Source: a virus
DNA: 39,301 nt
Reading direction: 5' to 3' (one strand)
Virus record (IMG/VR): IMGVR_UViG_3300037163_000032
Span: 1-39,301 of that record
Shown: one piece after another, positions 1 through 9,338 of the stretch
Layout: every line of letters begins with the position of its first letter
How positions within the stretch are numbered: position 1 is the first letter of the stretch
Made by a program: the position numbers and the translations under genes
The notes under the pieces: model-generated
Databases searched by the model: none
The model's input: the letters and a program-made list of their open reading frames with translations, nothing else
Told to the model about the DNA's origin: nothing

Positions 1-26
1 TCTTTGGTCAGAGTGGATGTCCGAGA
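1..26. repeat. Terminal direct repeat, copy 1 (identical to 39276-39301). Marks closure of a circular or terminally redundant genome.
   Basis: tctttggtcagagtggatgtccgaga is present at both window ends. Collapsing the two copies joins a minus-strand ORF in phase. Confidence 0.9.
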
Positions 27-1383
27 TGCTCACGTTTGAAATTACGCTTCCTCCGCCATACTGTTCCAACGACACCACTCCGGCATAAAGGTTGTTTGCC
101 AAGTCTCCTGTGACTTGGACTTCTTGGATTTTAACATTGTAAATCTGAGCGCCATCATCATAGCTTTCAAGCCTTACCGCTCCGTTGGCGTTTGTCGCCA
201 GTTCAAGCACCACTCCTGATATGGTTAGATTATAGATGCCACCTTTTGATCCATTGGCGGAATTATTATGTGATTCTATGTATAATGCGTCATAAGCATT
301 ATTACCAGAATGCCAGTTATAGAGGTGTTGCGCTACAACGTTTGAAACCCCTTGGAACACAATGCCCAAACCGCCGCCGTTGTAAGCCGAAAGTCCGTCA
401 ATCTTGATATTGCTTCCGCTGATAATAGTCAAAATAGAGGAAGCTGTATTGCTTGTCTGTCCAACTGCAACGTTATGGACGTATTGATTCACTTGGTCAG
501 AGTAAATAAAATCCCATCTCAATGCGCCGTTGTGCGAAGGGTCTCCGCATTCCTCAAATCCGATGGAGTCGATGACGGAGTTTGAATAGCCTGCGTAAAG
601 CGTAGTGCTATTTGTCAATATCGATCCAGACGTGAATCGGCTTAACCCCTTGTCCCATACCGGTGATCCGGCGAGTCCGATAAGATTAACGGGTCTCGTA
701 ATGTAACCCGGAGTGTTAAAGACTCCCGCTCCGATGTAAATTGTATCTCCAGAAATGGATGAACCATAAGCATTTGCCACGGCGTTGAAACCAGAACCAA
801 ATGAACTCAGATTCGTTCCACTCAACAACCAAACCTCCCTTATCGCACTCCTATTCGTTAACTGCGATTGAAGCGCCGCGTTGGTCTGGACAATAGCATT
901 GCTCCACGCGAGATTGGTCAATTCCATCTTGTTAGTCCAGATGCTATAATCCGTATACAGAACATACCTGGCGTCTGCCGTGCTGATTGTCCACGTCGCA
1001 TTGGTTCCGGCTCCGTCTGTAATGCACTCTGTGACGTTGATTGTCAGGTTGGTTTGCGAGCTTGTGATTGCAAAGTTGAATTGAACGGCGCTTCGGCTGG
1101 TTGTTATTGTCGCCGCGTATTGAGCGGGAACTAGCCGAACACTCGCGGTCCCGTTTGTGAAATACACAGTTCCTGAATCAAGAAGAACGAGCTTGCCGTC
1201 GAAGGTGACTATGGTCGTGTTTGCCAGCGCTGATTTTATTGCCAGTGAAGCGTTGCGGTTGGTGTCCAGATGCAAATCGGACAGATTGAAAATGACAGTG
1301 GCTGGCTCGTTGCAATAGACGTTGCCAGCCAAAGACAAAAATATGGCGAGTAAAATAGCTCTCATCAAGAGAGTCGCGTTCAT
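1..1383 (-). CDS. Tail fibre / tailspike-like protein, N-terminal 461 codons. The gene continues across the junction into 38145-39275, giving an 837 aa product.
   Basis: The ATG at 1383-1381 overlaps the upstream TGA (ATGA). I read all in-frame triplets down to nt 1 and found no minus-strand stop. 1383+1157-26 = 2514 nt = 838 codons, so the two parts join in phase. The N-terminus MNATLLMRAILLAIFLSLAGNVYC is signal-peptide-like. The body is Gly/Asn/Ser-rich with beta-helix-type repeats (SGSNIKIDGLSAYNGGG, NLTISGVVLE, NVSISDIH). Confidence 0.85.
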   Translation of the reverse strand, partial: MNATLLMRAILLAIFLSLAGNVYCNEPATVIFNLSDLHLDTNRNASLAIKSALANTTIVTFDGKLVLLDSGTVYFTNGTASVRLVPAQYAATITTSRSAVQFNFAITSSQTNLTINVTECITDGAGTNATWTISTADARYVLYTDYSIWTNKMELTNLAWSNAIVQTNAALQSQLTNRSAIREVWLLSGTNLSSFGSGFNAVANAYGSSISGDTIYIGAGVFNTPGYITRPVNLIGLAGSPVWDKGLSRFTSGSILTNSTTLYAGYSNSVIDSIGFEECGDPSHNGALRWDFIYSDQVNQYVHNVAVGQTSNTASSILTIISGSNIKIDGLSAYNGGGLGIVFQGVSNVVAQHLYNWHSGNNAYDALYIESHNNSANGSKGGIYNLTISGVVLELATNANGAVRLESYDDGAQIYNVKIQEVQVTGDLANNLYAGVVSLEQYGGGSVISNVSISDIHSDQR

Positions 1384-2612
1384 CACGCCCGGCGCGGGGT
1401 GCCCGCTGGGTAAATCATCTCCAAGCCAAACTGCGCGGCCCACGTATTCGGGTTTTGGCCGATGACGCCCACGCGCAGAACGCAGTTGCGCAGGTGGCCG
1501 TTGGGGTTGGTTTCCAGACCACCGGTCGGGATGGATTCACTGCCGATGGGAATCGCGTTCGCGTTGTCAACATTGCCAAGCCATTGGTATTGGGCTATCA
1601 GGCCGTCGCTGACAAACTCGATGGCGTCTGGCTTTGCGTCTGAGCCGTTAAGCGTGCCGTAGTCGCCATAAGTAATTCGGGCCACAAAGTAATATTGCGG
1701 CGCTGGGTTGGCATGGTACGCCGCCGTGCGCAGCGCGGTAAAGGTGTAGCCTTCAAAATCGTATTGTCCTCCTGACAAGTCCACGCGCCAGCCGCAAATG
1801 GCGCCAGCCTCATCCGTTGAGCCTGCTAACACGCCAATGTTTCCGCCGACGATATGGAATCCAGACCATCCCTGGCCGGACGTCGGCGTGTCGCCGGAAT
1901 CGTCCACGCTCACAACCCCGGTGTCAGGCGTCGCGGCGGCCCAGGCCGTCTGGTGCATGTTGTATAGCCGTGCGGCAAGGTTGTCTTTGTCCGGCGTCCA
2001 TGACTGAGCAAGGAACTCGGCCAGTTTCGAGTTGAAAACGCCCACTGCGCTCCATTGGTTTGTGAGCGCGCGGGTCAAATTATCGCTTGTAAAGTAAGTA
2101 GTATGGCCAGACCAAGCGGCATCTGTTTGCGAATCTTTCGCCCACGTCAAATTTAAATGACTAATATTATGCTGCCAAATAGGAGGCGCTGTTGAACGGG
2201 CTGGCAGTCCAATCATGCGCCAATAGTTTCCACTTGGATAGGTGACGCTCTCGGTGGAAGATTCAGAAGAACTTCCTTGCGATACATGGCCTGTGCCCGA
2301 CCACGCTACCGGAGTCGCTCCGTTCGGAGTATAAACGTCGCTCAGATCGGTGTAGAGATTGAGCGACGGATCAATTGGTACGTCATTGACGTCGGTCCAG
2401 GAAGGGAATGCTGTGAACGGCAAAAAACCGTAGGCAAAAAACGGCGGTTGATAATAACTCGTGTCAAGCGTGTTTCCCACGAGCAGGAAATACGTTTTCA
2501 CGATGTCCGGCGTCGGCTCGGGCGGGGCGTCCAGGGCGCTGTGCATCGGCGACATCGCCAGCGTGTGAAGTTGGCTGGCGCTCAGAGCAGGCATGCCGAT
2601 GAGATTACTCAT
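1383..2612 (-). CDS. Hypothetical tail-tip / baseplate protein (409 aa)
   Basis: Long ORF, ATGA-coupled at both ends, located between the distal tail genes and the fibre gene. I recognised no motif. Confidence 0.6.
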   Translation of the reverse strand: MSNLIGMPALSASQLHTLAMSPMHSALDAPPEPTPDIVKTYFLLVGNTLDTSYYQPPFFAYGFLPFTAFPSWTDVNDVPIDPSLNLYTDLSDVYTPNGATPVAWSGTGHVSQGSSSESSTESVTYPSGNYWRMIGLPARSTAPPIWQHNISHLNLTWAKDSQTDAAWSGHTTYFTSDNLTRALTNQWSAVGVFNSKLAEFLAQSWTPDKDNLAARLYNMHQTAWAAATPDTGVVSVDDSGDTPTSGQGWSGFHIVGGNIGVLAGSTDEAGAICGWRVDLSGGQYDFEGYTFTALRTAAYHANPAPQYYFVARITYGDYGTLNGSDAKPDAIEFVSDGLIAQYQWLGNVDNANAIPIGSESIPTGGLETNPNGHLRNCVLRVGVIGQNPNTWAAQFGLEMIYPAGTPRRA

Positions 2613-3643
2613 TGCACATACTTTCTCGCCCAGACGCGGGCGTCTTTTTCGATTTGCGTTAACTCGATGGACGAAACAAACACCCCCGTATGATCCGCAG
2701 AGTCAACATCAATTTCATCTCCCACCTGATAAGGAGGATAGACTTCCTCGATTTGCGTATTCGTGCCATCGCTGCTGTTTCGGTAGTTGTTCGAGTCGGC
2801 GCCAGAGATCGTGGAATAGGTGTAGGTGACGCCCAGAATGGTCTGAGTCGTTGCGATGGTTTTCCAGGCAACGCGCATTGGCAGGAGCTTCGCCACGTTG
2901 AACGCCGTTGCCCCGGCATGCATGGTTCCATTGGCGTCTTTGTAATATGTGACAACGCTCAAGTACAGATCCGAGATCGCGGTGATTTTGCAATGCTGCG
3001 CACCCCCGCCGCCCCCGGCGTCAATGACGACATCGGCCCGGGTTATTTGCCGCACAATTGCCGTGAGCGATGCCGCGCTCGTGGCAGTGTCGATCAATGC
3101 CACGAGGATGTAGGAGCTTCCCCAGCCAGCGCTGGGGGCCTCCGCGCCTGTTGCAATGGCGGGAGCGGTGGGATCGGTATTGTCGATCCAGACGTAAAAA
3201 ACGGCCGTGCCGGACGGCACCACAAAATCAATTGGCGTGCTGGTATCGTAACCCGGCGCCGGAACATCCTCCGTGTCGTCTGGGTTGCTGTTTGACCCGT
3301 CCGTGCCGGTCACGTCAACGCCGTCCACCTTGCCCGCCCGCACGCGAAATGAGCGCCAGCCGACAGCCAGTTCGAGCGTGTCCGAAGGGGAGGCTAAAAT
3401 CTGGAATGGAAAATAGCGGCTCTCGGCGGTTGTGGTCGTGGTTTCGCCGGAGTCGTCAAGTTCCAGCCGGACATCGTATTCACTCCAGGTCAACTTAAGG
3501 CCCGGCCCCACCTTCAGGCGCTTGATGCAGTTCACGAAACCGATAACGCTGTTAGCGAAACTCGTTGACAGGAAGCGCGGCGAGCCTCCTGGCGTCTGCC
3601 TGGGGAGTTCCGATGTGACTTGGCTGTTTGGTCTGGGCGGCAT
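2609..3643 (-). CDS. Hypothetical tail protein (344 aa from ATG 3643)
   Basis: The ORF track gives 2609-3694. The internal ATG at 3643 overlaps the upstream TAA (TAATG) and removes a 52-nt overlap. The call rests on position downstream of the tape measure gene. Confidence 0.6.
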   Translation of the reverse strand: MPPRPNSQVTSELPRQTPGGSPRFLSTSFANSVIGFVNCIKRLKVGPGLKLTWSEYDVRLELDDSGETTTTTAESRYFPFQILASPSDTLELAVGWRSFRVRAGKVDGVDVTGTDGSNSNPDDTEDVPAPGYDTSTPIDFVVPSGTAVFYVWIDNTDPTAPAIATGAEAPSAGWGSSYILVALIDTATSAASLTAIVRQITRADVVIDAGGGGGAQHCKITAISDLYLSVVTYYKDANGTMHAGATAFNVAKLLPMRVAWKTIATTQTILGVTYTYSTISGADSNNYRNSSDGTNTQIEEVYPPYQVGDEIDVDSADHTGVFVSSIELTQIEKDARVWARKYVQ

Positions 3644-4359
3644 TATTGGGGTTGCACGTAGCGGGTGCAGCGCTCGAAGATTTGGCCCATCCAACGGCGA
3701 TACTTTGACTCCTCAATTACAAGGAGGTTTGCTGTTGGATTTTGCAGCCATGTCAAATATGTTGCGGTGCTTGGAACTGTGCCGGTGCCCAGCATTGTCA
3801 CGTAGGATTTGCCGATAACCGTCGCGCCGTTCAACATTGGGACGTAAAACTCGGTTTTTGGAATGATTGGCAACTCGGCAACCGAGCGGTAGCAATTTGT
3901 TCCAGGAGAGTTGTATTGCCGGTTGGTGTCAACGGTGAAGTATTCGTAAACGACGGAGCACATGACGGCTTTTGTCGTGGCGAGCCTTTCGGTGATGGTG
4001 TAGCCGCCGGAGGCGAGGGCTTTGATTCCTGGGTACGGATAGGTTATGGCGTCCGGCTCTGTTCTTGACTTGGGAATAGTTGCGTAGGTTCTGGACCACG
4101 ATACCATTCCGCCGCCTTGCATGTCTTGCATGTCGCCTTCCTCGACAAGGACAGCCCCGGACACGGACGGGTGCTTGGAAAGGGTTGAGAGGGGAGACCA
4201 GTTGTCAATGTTCTGATTCCACCTGGACTTGAGCACTTTTGTTGTTTGGTCGCCGTTCGCCGAGAATGGGAGGGAGACGATTTCCGGCCCCTCCTGCCGT
4301 GCAACCGTCCAGTCAAAGTCCCGCACAATCCCGTTTGTTTCGTCGTATATGATTGCCAT
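3643..4359 (-). CDS. Hypothetical tail protein in the distal-tail (Dit-like) position, 238 aa
   Basis: It is the first ORF after the tape measure gene. Size and position fit a siphovirus distal tail protein. No motif was recognised. Confidence 0.5.
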   Translation of the reverse strand: MAIIYDETNGIVRDFDWTVARQEGPEIVSLPFSANGDQTTKVLKSRWNQNIDNWSPLSTLSKHPSVSGAVLVEEGDMQDMQGGGMVSWSRTYATIPKSRTEPDAITYPYPGIKALASGGYTITERLATTKAVMCSVVYEYFTVDTNRQYNSPGTNCYRSVAELPIIPKTEFYVPMLNGATVIGKSYVTMLGTGTVPSTATYLTWLQNPTANLLVIEESKYRRWMGQIFERCTRYVQPQ

Positions 4360-4363
4360 GCTG

Positions 4364-6073
4364 TTAGTCCGGGGCTATGACCCCGACTCCGTTGATGAGC
4401 GTCTGGTTTACAATATCCATCTTTTCGGAGAGGTCCGCCAACTGCTCCTGCTGCTTTTTCCACGGGTCACGCTCATTTGATTTGATGTCGTAAAGGCCTC
4501 TGCGGATGGCGTCGGCTTGAAAATACATGTTGTTGGCTCGTCCGACATTCCCGGATGCTGTTGCAGCCTCCGCGCCGGACTCAAGACGTTGCACTTGGCG
4601 GGCGTCCATGATCTCATTGTAGAAGCCTCGGTTTTTTCTGCGCATTTTGCTATTCACGCGCAAGTCGGCAAGCTGTTCAAGAGTCATGCGGCCCCGGTCA
4701 AACGGCTCGTCCTCCAAATCGGCCATGGAGCGCGAAATCTTCCCGCGCTCTTTTATCAACGACCCGAACTTCTCTTGAGCTTTTGCGAGTTGCTGCGCGG
4801 CGTCAATCTGCACTGTGTCAAGTTGCTTTTGTATCTCTTTTTTGCGAATAATATCAGTCTCAAGAGCAAGCTCGTTTTGAAGGCATCTCACTTTGTCTTC
4901 CGCAACTTTAAGTGAGCTGATCTCAGCGGCAAGCCCGCCGTCCTGGTCGTGGTATAACGCCTTGCGAGCCTTTCCTTCATTGTCAATTGCGGCCAGCTTG
5001 TCGCGCAACATCTTGTCTTTTTCGGAATTGATCTCTTTGTCAATATCTGCGAGTTTTGGCACTGACTCGGCGCGGGCGTTTAAAAACTCAACGCTTTGGC
5101 TTCCTTTGTCAACATACACTGCTCCAAGACTGTCTTTGATGCCATTGCGCCGCTGCTCAAGAGCGTCAAGCTTGTCCTGACCTGTCTTTTCCGAGATGGA
5201 CTGCTTTTCAAGGATGTCATTCAGCCGTTCTTGCGCTGCCTTCTTTGCCTCTTCTTGCGCGTGGTACGCTTGACTTGTGCTAAGGTCCGCCTCAACAACA
5301 GGGTTGTCAAACTTCTTTACCATCCAAGCAAGGATACCAACTAAACTGGCTGGGTTCTTTGAAATCAGCATCCCTAATTTTACTGCCGCTATCTCACTTG
5401 CTTTACCGACTGTGCTTAATACCTTTCCAGCGCGTTCGAGAAGTTCCAGGTCTTCTTTGCTTATCACCTGCCAGCTGTTTTTGTTGGATTCAAGCCCAGC
5501 ACGGCCCTGCATGAGCGCGGGAAGGAGCTTAGAGCCAAGCTTCTCGCCAAAGAAATCTGCGGCAATGGCGGCGCGAATGGAGCCATCGGCGGTGTGTTGG
5601 ACGAGGTCCGCCACGTCGCCTAGCAATGTTTCGGTATCCTTGAGCTTGCCGTTCTGGTCTGTCAACGAAATGCCGTACTTGGCAAAAGGCCCGCCGCCTT
5701 CGAGCTTGGCCTTGCCTGCCTCCGTTGAGAATTTGCCGAGCGCTTTGTCCACTTGATCGCTGTCCAAACCAGCCCTTTTCGCGCCTATACGAAGACCTTG
5801 AATGCCCTCAGTCGAAACGCCAAGAGCCGCGGCTTCATTGCGTGTCTTTTTGGCCATGTCGCCAAGCTCTTTGACTTTTGAAATGACTCTGTCAACGGCG
5901 AAAAGCCCCATGACTGGCGCGAGCATCCCAGCCCCCAGGCTCGCAAATGACGACTTGAGCGTGTCGGCAGCTTTTCTACCAAACTCTGCTATACGTTTCT
6001 CTCCGCCCTTGAGCGCCTGGTTTAACATCGTTGTGTCGCCGCCAACCCGTATTTTTACATTTTCATCGCCCAT
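4364..6073 (-). CDS. Tail tape measure protein (569 aa)
   Basis: The N-terminal third has the tape-measure core pattern (AAALGVSTEGIQGLRIGAKRAGLDSDQVDKALGKF ... FAKYGISLTDQNGKLKD ... AADFFGEKLGSKLLPAL). It is followed by a hydrophobic stretch and long coiled-coil-like K/E/L/A-rich sequence. It sits between the tail tube/chaperone slot and the distal tail genes. Confidence 0.85.
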   Translation of the reverse strand: MGDENVKIRVGGDTTMLNQALKGGEKRIAEFGRKAADTLKSSFASLGAGMLAPVMGLFAVDRVISKVKELGDMAKKTRNEAAALGVSTEGIQGLRIGAKRAGLDSDQVDKALGKFSTEAGKAKLEGGGPFAKYGISLTDQNGKLKDTETLLGDVADLVQHTADGSIRAAIAADFFGEKLGSKLLPALMQGRAGLESNKNSWQVISKEDLELLERAGKVLSTVGKASEIAAVKLGMLISKNPASLVGILAWMVKKFDNPVVEADLSTSQAYHAQEEAKKAAQERLNDILEKQSISEKTGQDKLDALEQRRNGIKDSLGAVYVDKGSQSVEFLNARAESVPKLADIDKEINSEKDKMLRDKLAAIDNEGKARKALYHDQDGGLAAEISSLKVAEDKVRCLQNELALETDIIRKKEIQKQLDTVQIDAAQQLAKAQEKFGSLIKERGKISRSMADLEDEPFDRGRMTLEQLADLRVNSKMRRKNRGFYNEIMDARQVQRLESGAEAATASGNVGRANNMYFQADAIRRGLYDIKSNERDPWKKQQEQLADLSEKMDIVNQTLINGVGVIAPD

Positions 6074-6673
6074 TTATTTTGGCTTGTTGAGTTCGTCTAA
6101 TATACGTTGCGTTACAGAATCGGAAATCGAATTGAACATGATTGCGTCCGGCTTGTTGCGGCGCTGCGCGGCGCGGTAGAGTTGTTGCAGGCGGCGGATC
6201 GGCTGGGTCATGATTTCATCGCATGTCCAGCCGTATTCACTGGCCAGGGAGTCAACGTGCAGCGCCATAAACGAAGCAAACGGTTTGCTGCGCTCGCCCG
6301 AGGATGATGGCGGGTCAATAAACGTGGTCTCGACATAATCCTCGATGGCGTCAACAACTTCGCCAAAACGCATTTTACGAAGCGACTTGGCGAAGGCTCG
6401 CATCTTTAGTTTTTTGCGCCAGCGCGACACGGACGGCGTGTTCATTTCGGACACCTGCCACAGAAAGGCCAGAATGTCCGCGATGGCTGGGGGGCCGGAG
6501 TTGACCACAAACGGGTTGTCAATTGCACACAGAGTCATGTAGTCGCGCCAAGTCATCATTCGGCACCAATGCCCGGCAATGCGCACTGGGTAGTCTAGGA
6601 ACGCCGCATCGCGCATGGACGCCTCGCGTTGCCTGGCCGCGTGCAAGTCCTGCTGTGCCTGCTCCGGGGTCAT
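6074..6673 (-). CDS. Hypothetical protein in the tail-assembly-chaperone position (199 aa)
   Basis: It abuts the tape measure start with no gap and sits 5 nt after the putative tube gene. I saw no slippery site or trailing -1 ORF. Confidence 0.4.
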   Translation of the reverse strand: MTPEQAQQDLHAARQREASMRDAAFLDYPVRIAGHWCRMMTWRDYMTLCAIDNPFVVNSGPPAIADILAFLWQVSEMNTPSVSRWRKKLKMRAFAKSLRKMRFGEVVDAIEDYVETTFIDPPSSSGERSKPFASFMALHVDSLASEYGWTCDEIMTQPIRRLQQLYRAAQRRNKPDAIMFNSISDSVTQRILDELNKPK

Positions 6674-6678
6674 AAACG

Positions 6679-7062
6679 TTAAGCCGACGCGATCTTGCGC
6701 GAGAATGTCAGGGTCTGCTTTTTGACGCCGCCCTGTTCCTCGGGAGTTGACACGTCGTCAACAATCCAGACTTCAGTGTCAATCGTAGTCGTTGCGCCGA
6801 CAACCGCAGCTGTCCCGTCGGTAGGAAATTGAACCGTAGCGGTAGCCGACGGTAAATCGGGAATAATCGCCTGTCCGTTCGGGATGTTTTTGTTATCCTT
6901 GGAAACAACTTTCGTGGTCGGATAGTGCGGATTCCAACTTTCAGCGACATAGGACTTTGCCGTGCCGCCTGTGCCAGGGGCTGTTATCGACAAGACCCGC
7001 GTTCCAAAAAGTGTGTCTGTTATTACGCCGTCGTATGTGACAGCGGTGTTTGTGTTTGCCAT
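6679..7062 (-). CDS. Candidate major tail tube protein (127 aa)
   Basis: Small Thr/Gly/Val-rich beta-type protein, two genes upstream of the tape measure gene. It has one of the few SD-like leaders (GAAAGG about 11 nt before the ATG). Confidence 0.45.
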   Translation of the reverse strand: MANTNTAVTYDGVITDTLFGTRVLSITAPGTGGTAKSYVAESWNPHYPTTKVVSKDNKNIPNGQAIIPDLPSATATVQFPTDGTAAVVGATTTIDTEVWIVDDVSTPEEQGGVKKQTLTFSRKIASA

Positions 7063-7095
7063 AAAGCTTTAACCTTTCTAAAAAGGCGGCTTTCA

Positions 7096-7617
7096 TCACG
7101 AGGCGGGCGCGGCGGGCACTGGCGAGTCGGTGGGTGTGAGAGTGGAGAGCAGTCCTGGGTGGATTCCAATGACAAGAGCAAATGAAAGCGAGGTCCAATC
7201 CTGGTTGCGGTCATCTACAATGTGTTGGTCTGACGCCTGCGGCTTTGCCATCACGATTTTGTGATAGAGCAGAAATGAGTTGAGCGGATTATTTTGTTGA
7301 TAGTTGCCACGGGACATCAACGCTCGGAGACGCCCAATTGTGACATCATGCGCCGTCCCGTTCTTTTGCCGGTTGGTCACGATATTGAGAAACAGGTTTG
7401 CGTTGAATTTCTGCTCAGTCAACGCGCCGTCGGCAAGAGGGACGTAAACACCCATTCCGCTGACGCCAGACACGCCTACGGCGACGTATGGTGTCTCGAC
7501 GGTCTGTGTGTCCTCAAATTTGTACGCGGTGATGCCGTTGGCAGCCAGGAACGCGACAGCGGCTTGGCTGATCCACATTTCAATTTCGTAAGCTTGTTCA
7601 AGAGTTGGTGTGCTCAT
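7096..7617 (-). CDS. Candidate neck / tail-terminator-type protein (173 aa)
   Basis: The call rests on position just upstream of the tube gene and on ATGA coupling to the preceding gene. The overall pattern loosely resembles DUF3168-type tail completion proteins. Confidence 0.35.
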   Translation of the reverse strand: MSTPTLEQAYEIEMWISQAAVAFLAANGITAYKFEDTQTVETPYVAVGVSGVSGMGVYVPLADGALTEQKFNANLFLNIVTNRQKNGTAHDVTIGRLRALMSRGNYQQNNPLNSFLLYHKIVMAKPQASDQHIVDDRNQDWTSLSFALVIGIHPGLLSTLTPTDSPVPAAPAS

Positions 7618-8426
7618 CGTAGGAGGAGTTTGTCTTTCTTGCCTTTGACAAATAGTTTAAATTCGTAATTCATTTTCTTGACTCGTGCGCTAACGGCGCG
7701 GCGAATGAGACCAGAATCCTCGCAGTTTCGGACTACAGACGGGGCGTCAGACATTATACAGACCTCGCTGTCGTCTTGACGCAGGTCCATCTCGACAAGA
7801 TGTCCGAACGGGTTTGACGGGACGTGGCGGCGAACCCACGCTGGAATTTTGGAACTGTCGCCTCCAACTAGGGACAGCGCTTTTCCGAAGGAAGCCTTGA
7901 GCCGCCCGACGCGGCGCGTCATTTCGTTGAGTTCCTTTTTGGTGGTTGCAACTGGAACGGCGGGGCGAACGATTTCAGTCCACCCATGCTCCGCGCCTTT
8001 TTTGAATATCCCACCTGAGAGTCCGCGCAATCTGCCTTGCTTATTGCGTTTTGAATTGTGGTATGAAATGAGTTCATCAACGGACTTTCCGGCCCAGTAA
8101 TTTTCTCGATTCACTCCAGTTGCTCCGCCTTGCCCAGTCCAGAGTGGAATGTAGTTTGACCCGCCGGACGCACGCATTTCTTTGTTTGTCAATAACATGT
8201 ATTGCTGCATCGGAAAAAACAGCGGAGTTCCGGTTCTGTTTCCGGCGACTTCACCGCGAATCTTATTGACTCCTTGCGCCTTGTTTCGCGGTGGCGTCCA
8301 ATCAATAATCATCTCCAGCAGCAAACGCATTTCGCGCATGACAAGTTTGGGCATGTGCGCCCCAAGTTCCGTTCCGAACTTTTCAAGGACGTTGTCATAC
8401 TTCAAATCCGAGCTGATTTGAATCAT
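7614..8426 (-). CDS. Hypothetical virion protein (270 aa from ATG 8426)
   Basis: The ORF track gives 7614-8585. The ATG at 8426 forms an ATGA overlap with the upstream stop. The longer form would overlap the upstream gene by 163 nt. Confidence 0.6.
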   Translation of the reverse strand: MIQISSDLKYDNVLEKFGTELGAHMPKLVMREMRLLLEMIIDWTPPRNKAQGVNKIRGEVAGNRTGTPLFFPMQQYMLLTNKEMRASGGSNYIPLWTGQGGATGVNRENYWAGKSVDELISYHNSKRNKQGRLRGLSGGIFKKGAEHGWTEIVRPAVPVATTKKELNEMTRRVGRLKASFGKALSLVGGDSSKIPAWVRRHVPSNPFGHLVEMDLRQDDSEVCIMSDAPSVVRNCEDSGLIRRAVSARVKKMNYEFKLFVKGKKDKLLLR

Positions 8427-8788
8427 GCGTCCTTTCGAAGTTCCATTGTCAGACTCACAGCCGTCTCGTTGACATTGTGTACGGTGAAAGATGAACTGTC
8501 CTCGAATGTAATGACCGTCTCGCGTTCCACCGGACGCCACGGGCCGACGCCAATTGGGGCTGTGGCGCCGCTGGCCAGGATGCAATTCATGTCGAGATTG
8601 CCTTTGAGGACGGTCAACGTAGAAGTTTTCCCGTTGTATTCGCCTGCATCGAGCATCTGGAAACCTCCCGTTGTTTGCGCCTGGCGCAGCCCTACGTATT
8701 GCGTTGTGTCACCCGCTGTGAACAGAGAGGGGTTGTCGAACATGACATCCCGCAGGGCGCTTTCCAGTTGAATTTCGGCTTGTGTCAT
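8423..8788 (-). CDS. Hypothetical head-tail connector-sized protein (121 aa)
   Basis: ORF that is ATGA-coupled on both sides and is the first gene of the neck/tail block. Confidence 0.5.
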   Translation of the reverse strand: MTQAEIQLESALRDVMFDNPSLFTAGDTTQYVGLRQAQTTGGFQMLDAGEYNGKTSTLTVLKGNLDMNCILASGATAPIGVGPWRPVERETVITFEDSSSFTVHNVNETAVSLTMELRKDA

Positions 8789-9123
8789 CGCTTGTCAGAT
8801 TTGCTTATCATGCCTCGAATGTATGCCACGTCCGAAGCGACGGTGTTGATTTTCTCGTGAAGTTCGGAAAGCTTCTTGTCCATAGAATTCTGCACAACCT
8901 CATGTCGTGCCTCGCATTTCTGACTAACCGCATTGATCTCCTTTTTGAAGTCGCTGTAAATAGTGGCAAGTTGCTCATCTATGGATGCGTGCCGCGCAAA
9001 CAGCTTCTTCACGGCATTGATCGTTGAGAATAGGAGGTTTGATCCGGCCAATACGGCTACGGCCCCAATCAACCATTCGCCGGTTGTTGACCACTGGATT
9101 GTTGGGAGTTGTGCGTATATCAT
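8785..9123 (-). CDS. Membrane-anchored coiled-coil protein (112 aa), holin / i-spanin-like in architecture
   Basis: One N-terminal TM segment (WLIGAVAVLAGSNLLFSTINAV) is followed by heptad-like charged sequence (IDEQLATIYSDFKKEINAVSQK...KLSELHEKINTV). Confidence 0.55.
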   Translation of the reverse strand: MIYAQLPTIQWSTTGEWLIGAVAVLAGSNLLFSTINAVKKLFARHASIDEQLATIYSDFKKEINAVSQKCEARHEVVQNSMDKKLSELHEKINTVASDVAYIRGMISKSDKR

Positions 9124-9338
9124 TTCAGTGAGATTATGTTTTTTGGCTTTTGGCCAGGCTCCGGGTAGGGAGGCTCTATGCCCGCTGGCTGTTTCGGCGT
9201 GTTGGTTCCGAATACCAGAGCGCGCCAGATTCCAACGACACCACCCTTGTTTACGATTGCGTAATACGATCGGCCAATGATAGGGACCGCAGCAACGAAC
9301 CAGCCCCAGTGATCTTGAATGAATTGGATGATTTTCAT
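9120..9338 (-). CDS. Small membrane protein (72 aa from ATG 9338), holin-like
   Basis: The ATG at 9338 forms an ATGA overlap with the DUF1353 gene stop. There are two hydrophobic stretches (WGWFVAAVPIIG, GGVVGIWRALVFG) and a Pro/Lys-rich tail. Confidence 0.5.
   Translation of the reverse strand: MKIIQFIQDHWGWFVAAVPIIGRSYYAIVNKGGVVGIWRALVFGTNTPKQPAGIEPPYPEPGQKPKNIISLK

Noticed and set aside
862-925. The repeated fibre segments could be a diversity-generating retroelement template/variable repeat pair.
   Set aside because: No reverse transcriptase ORF exists anywhere in the genome. The differences between copies are not adenine-specific. The copies are in-protein structural repeats.
6074-6673. 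A programmed -1 frameshift (G/GT-type) tail chaperone might lie upstream of the tape measure gene.
   Set aside because: The ORF stop abuts the tape measure ATG directly. There is no trailing overlapping frame, and I saw no obvious slippery heptamer near the 3' end.
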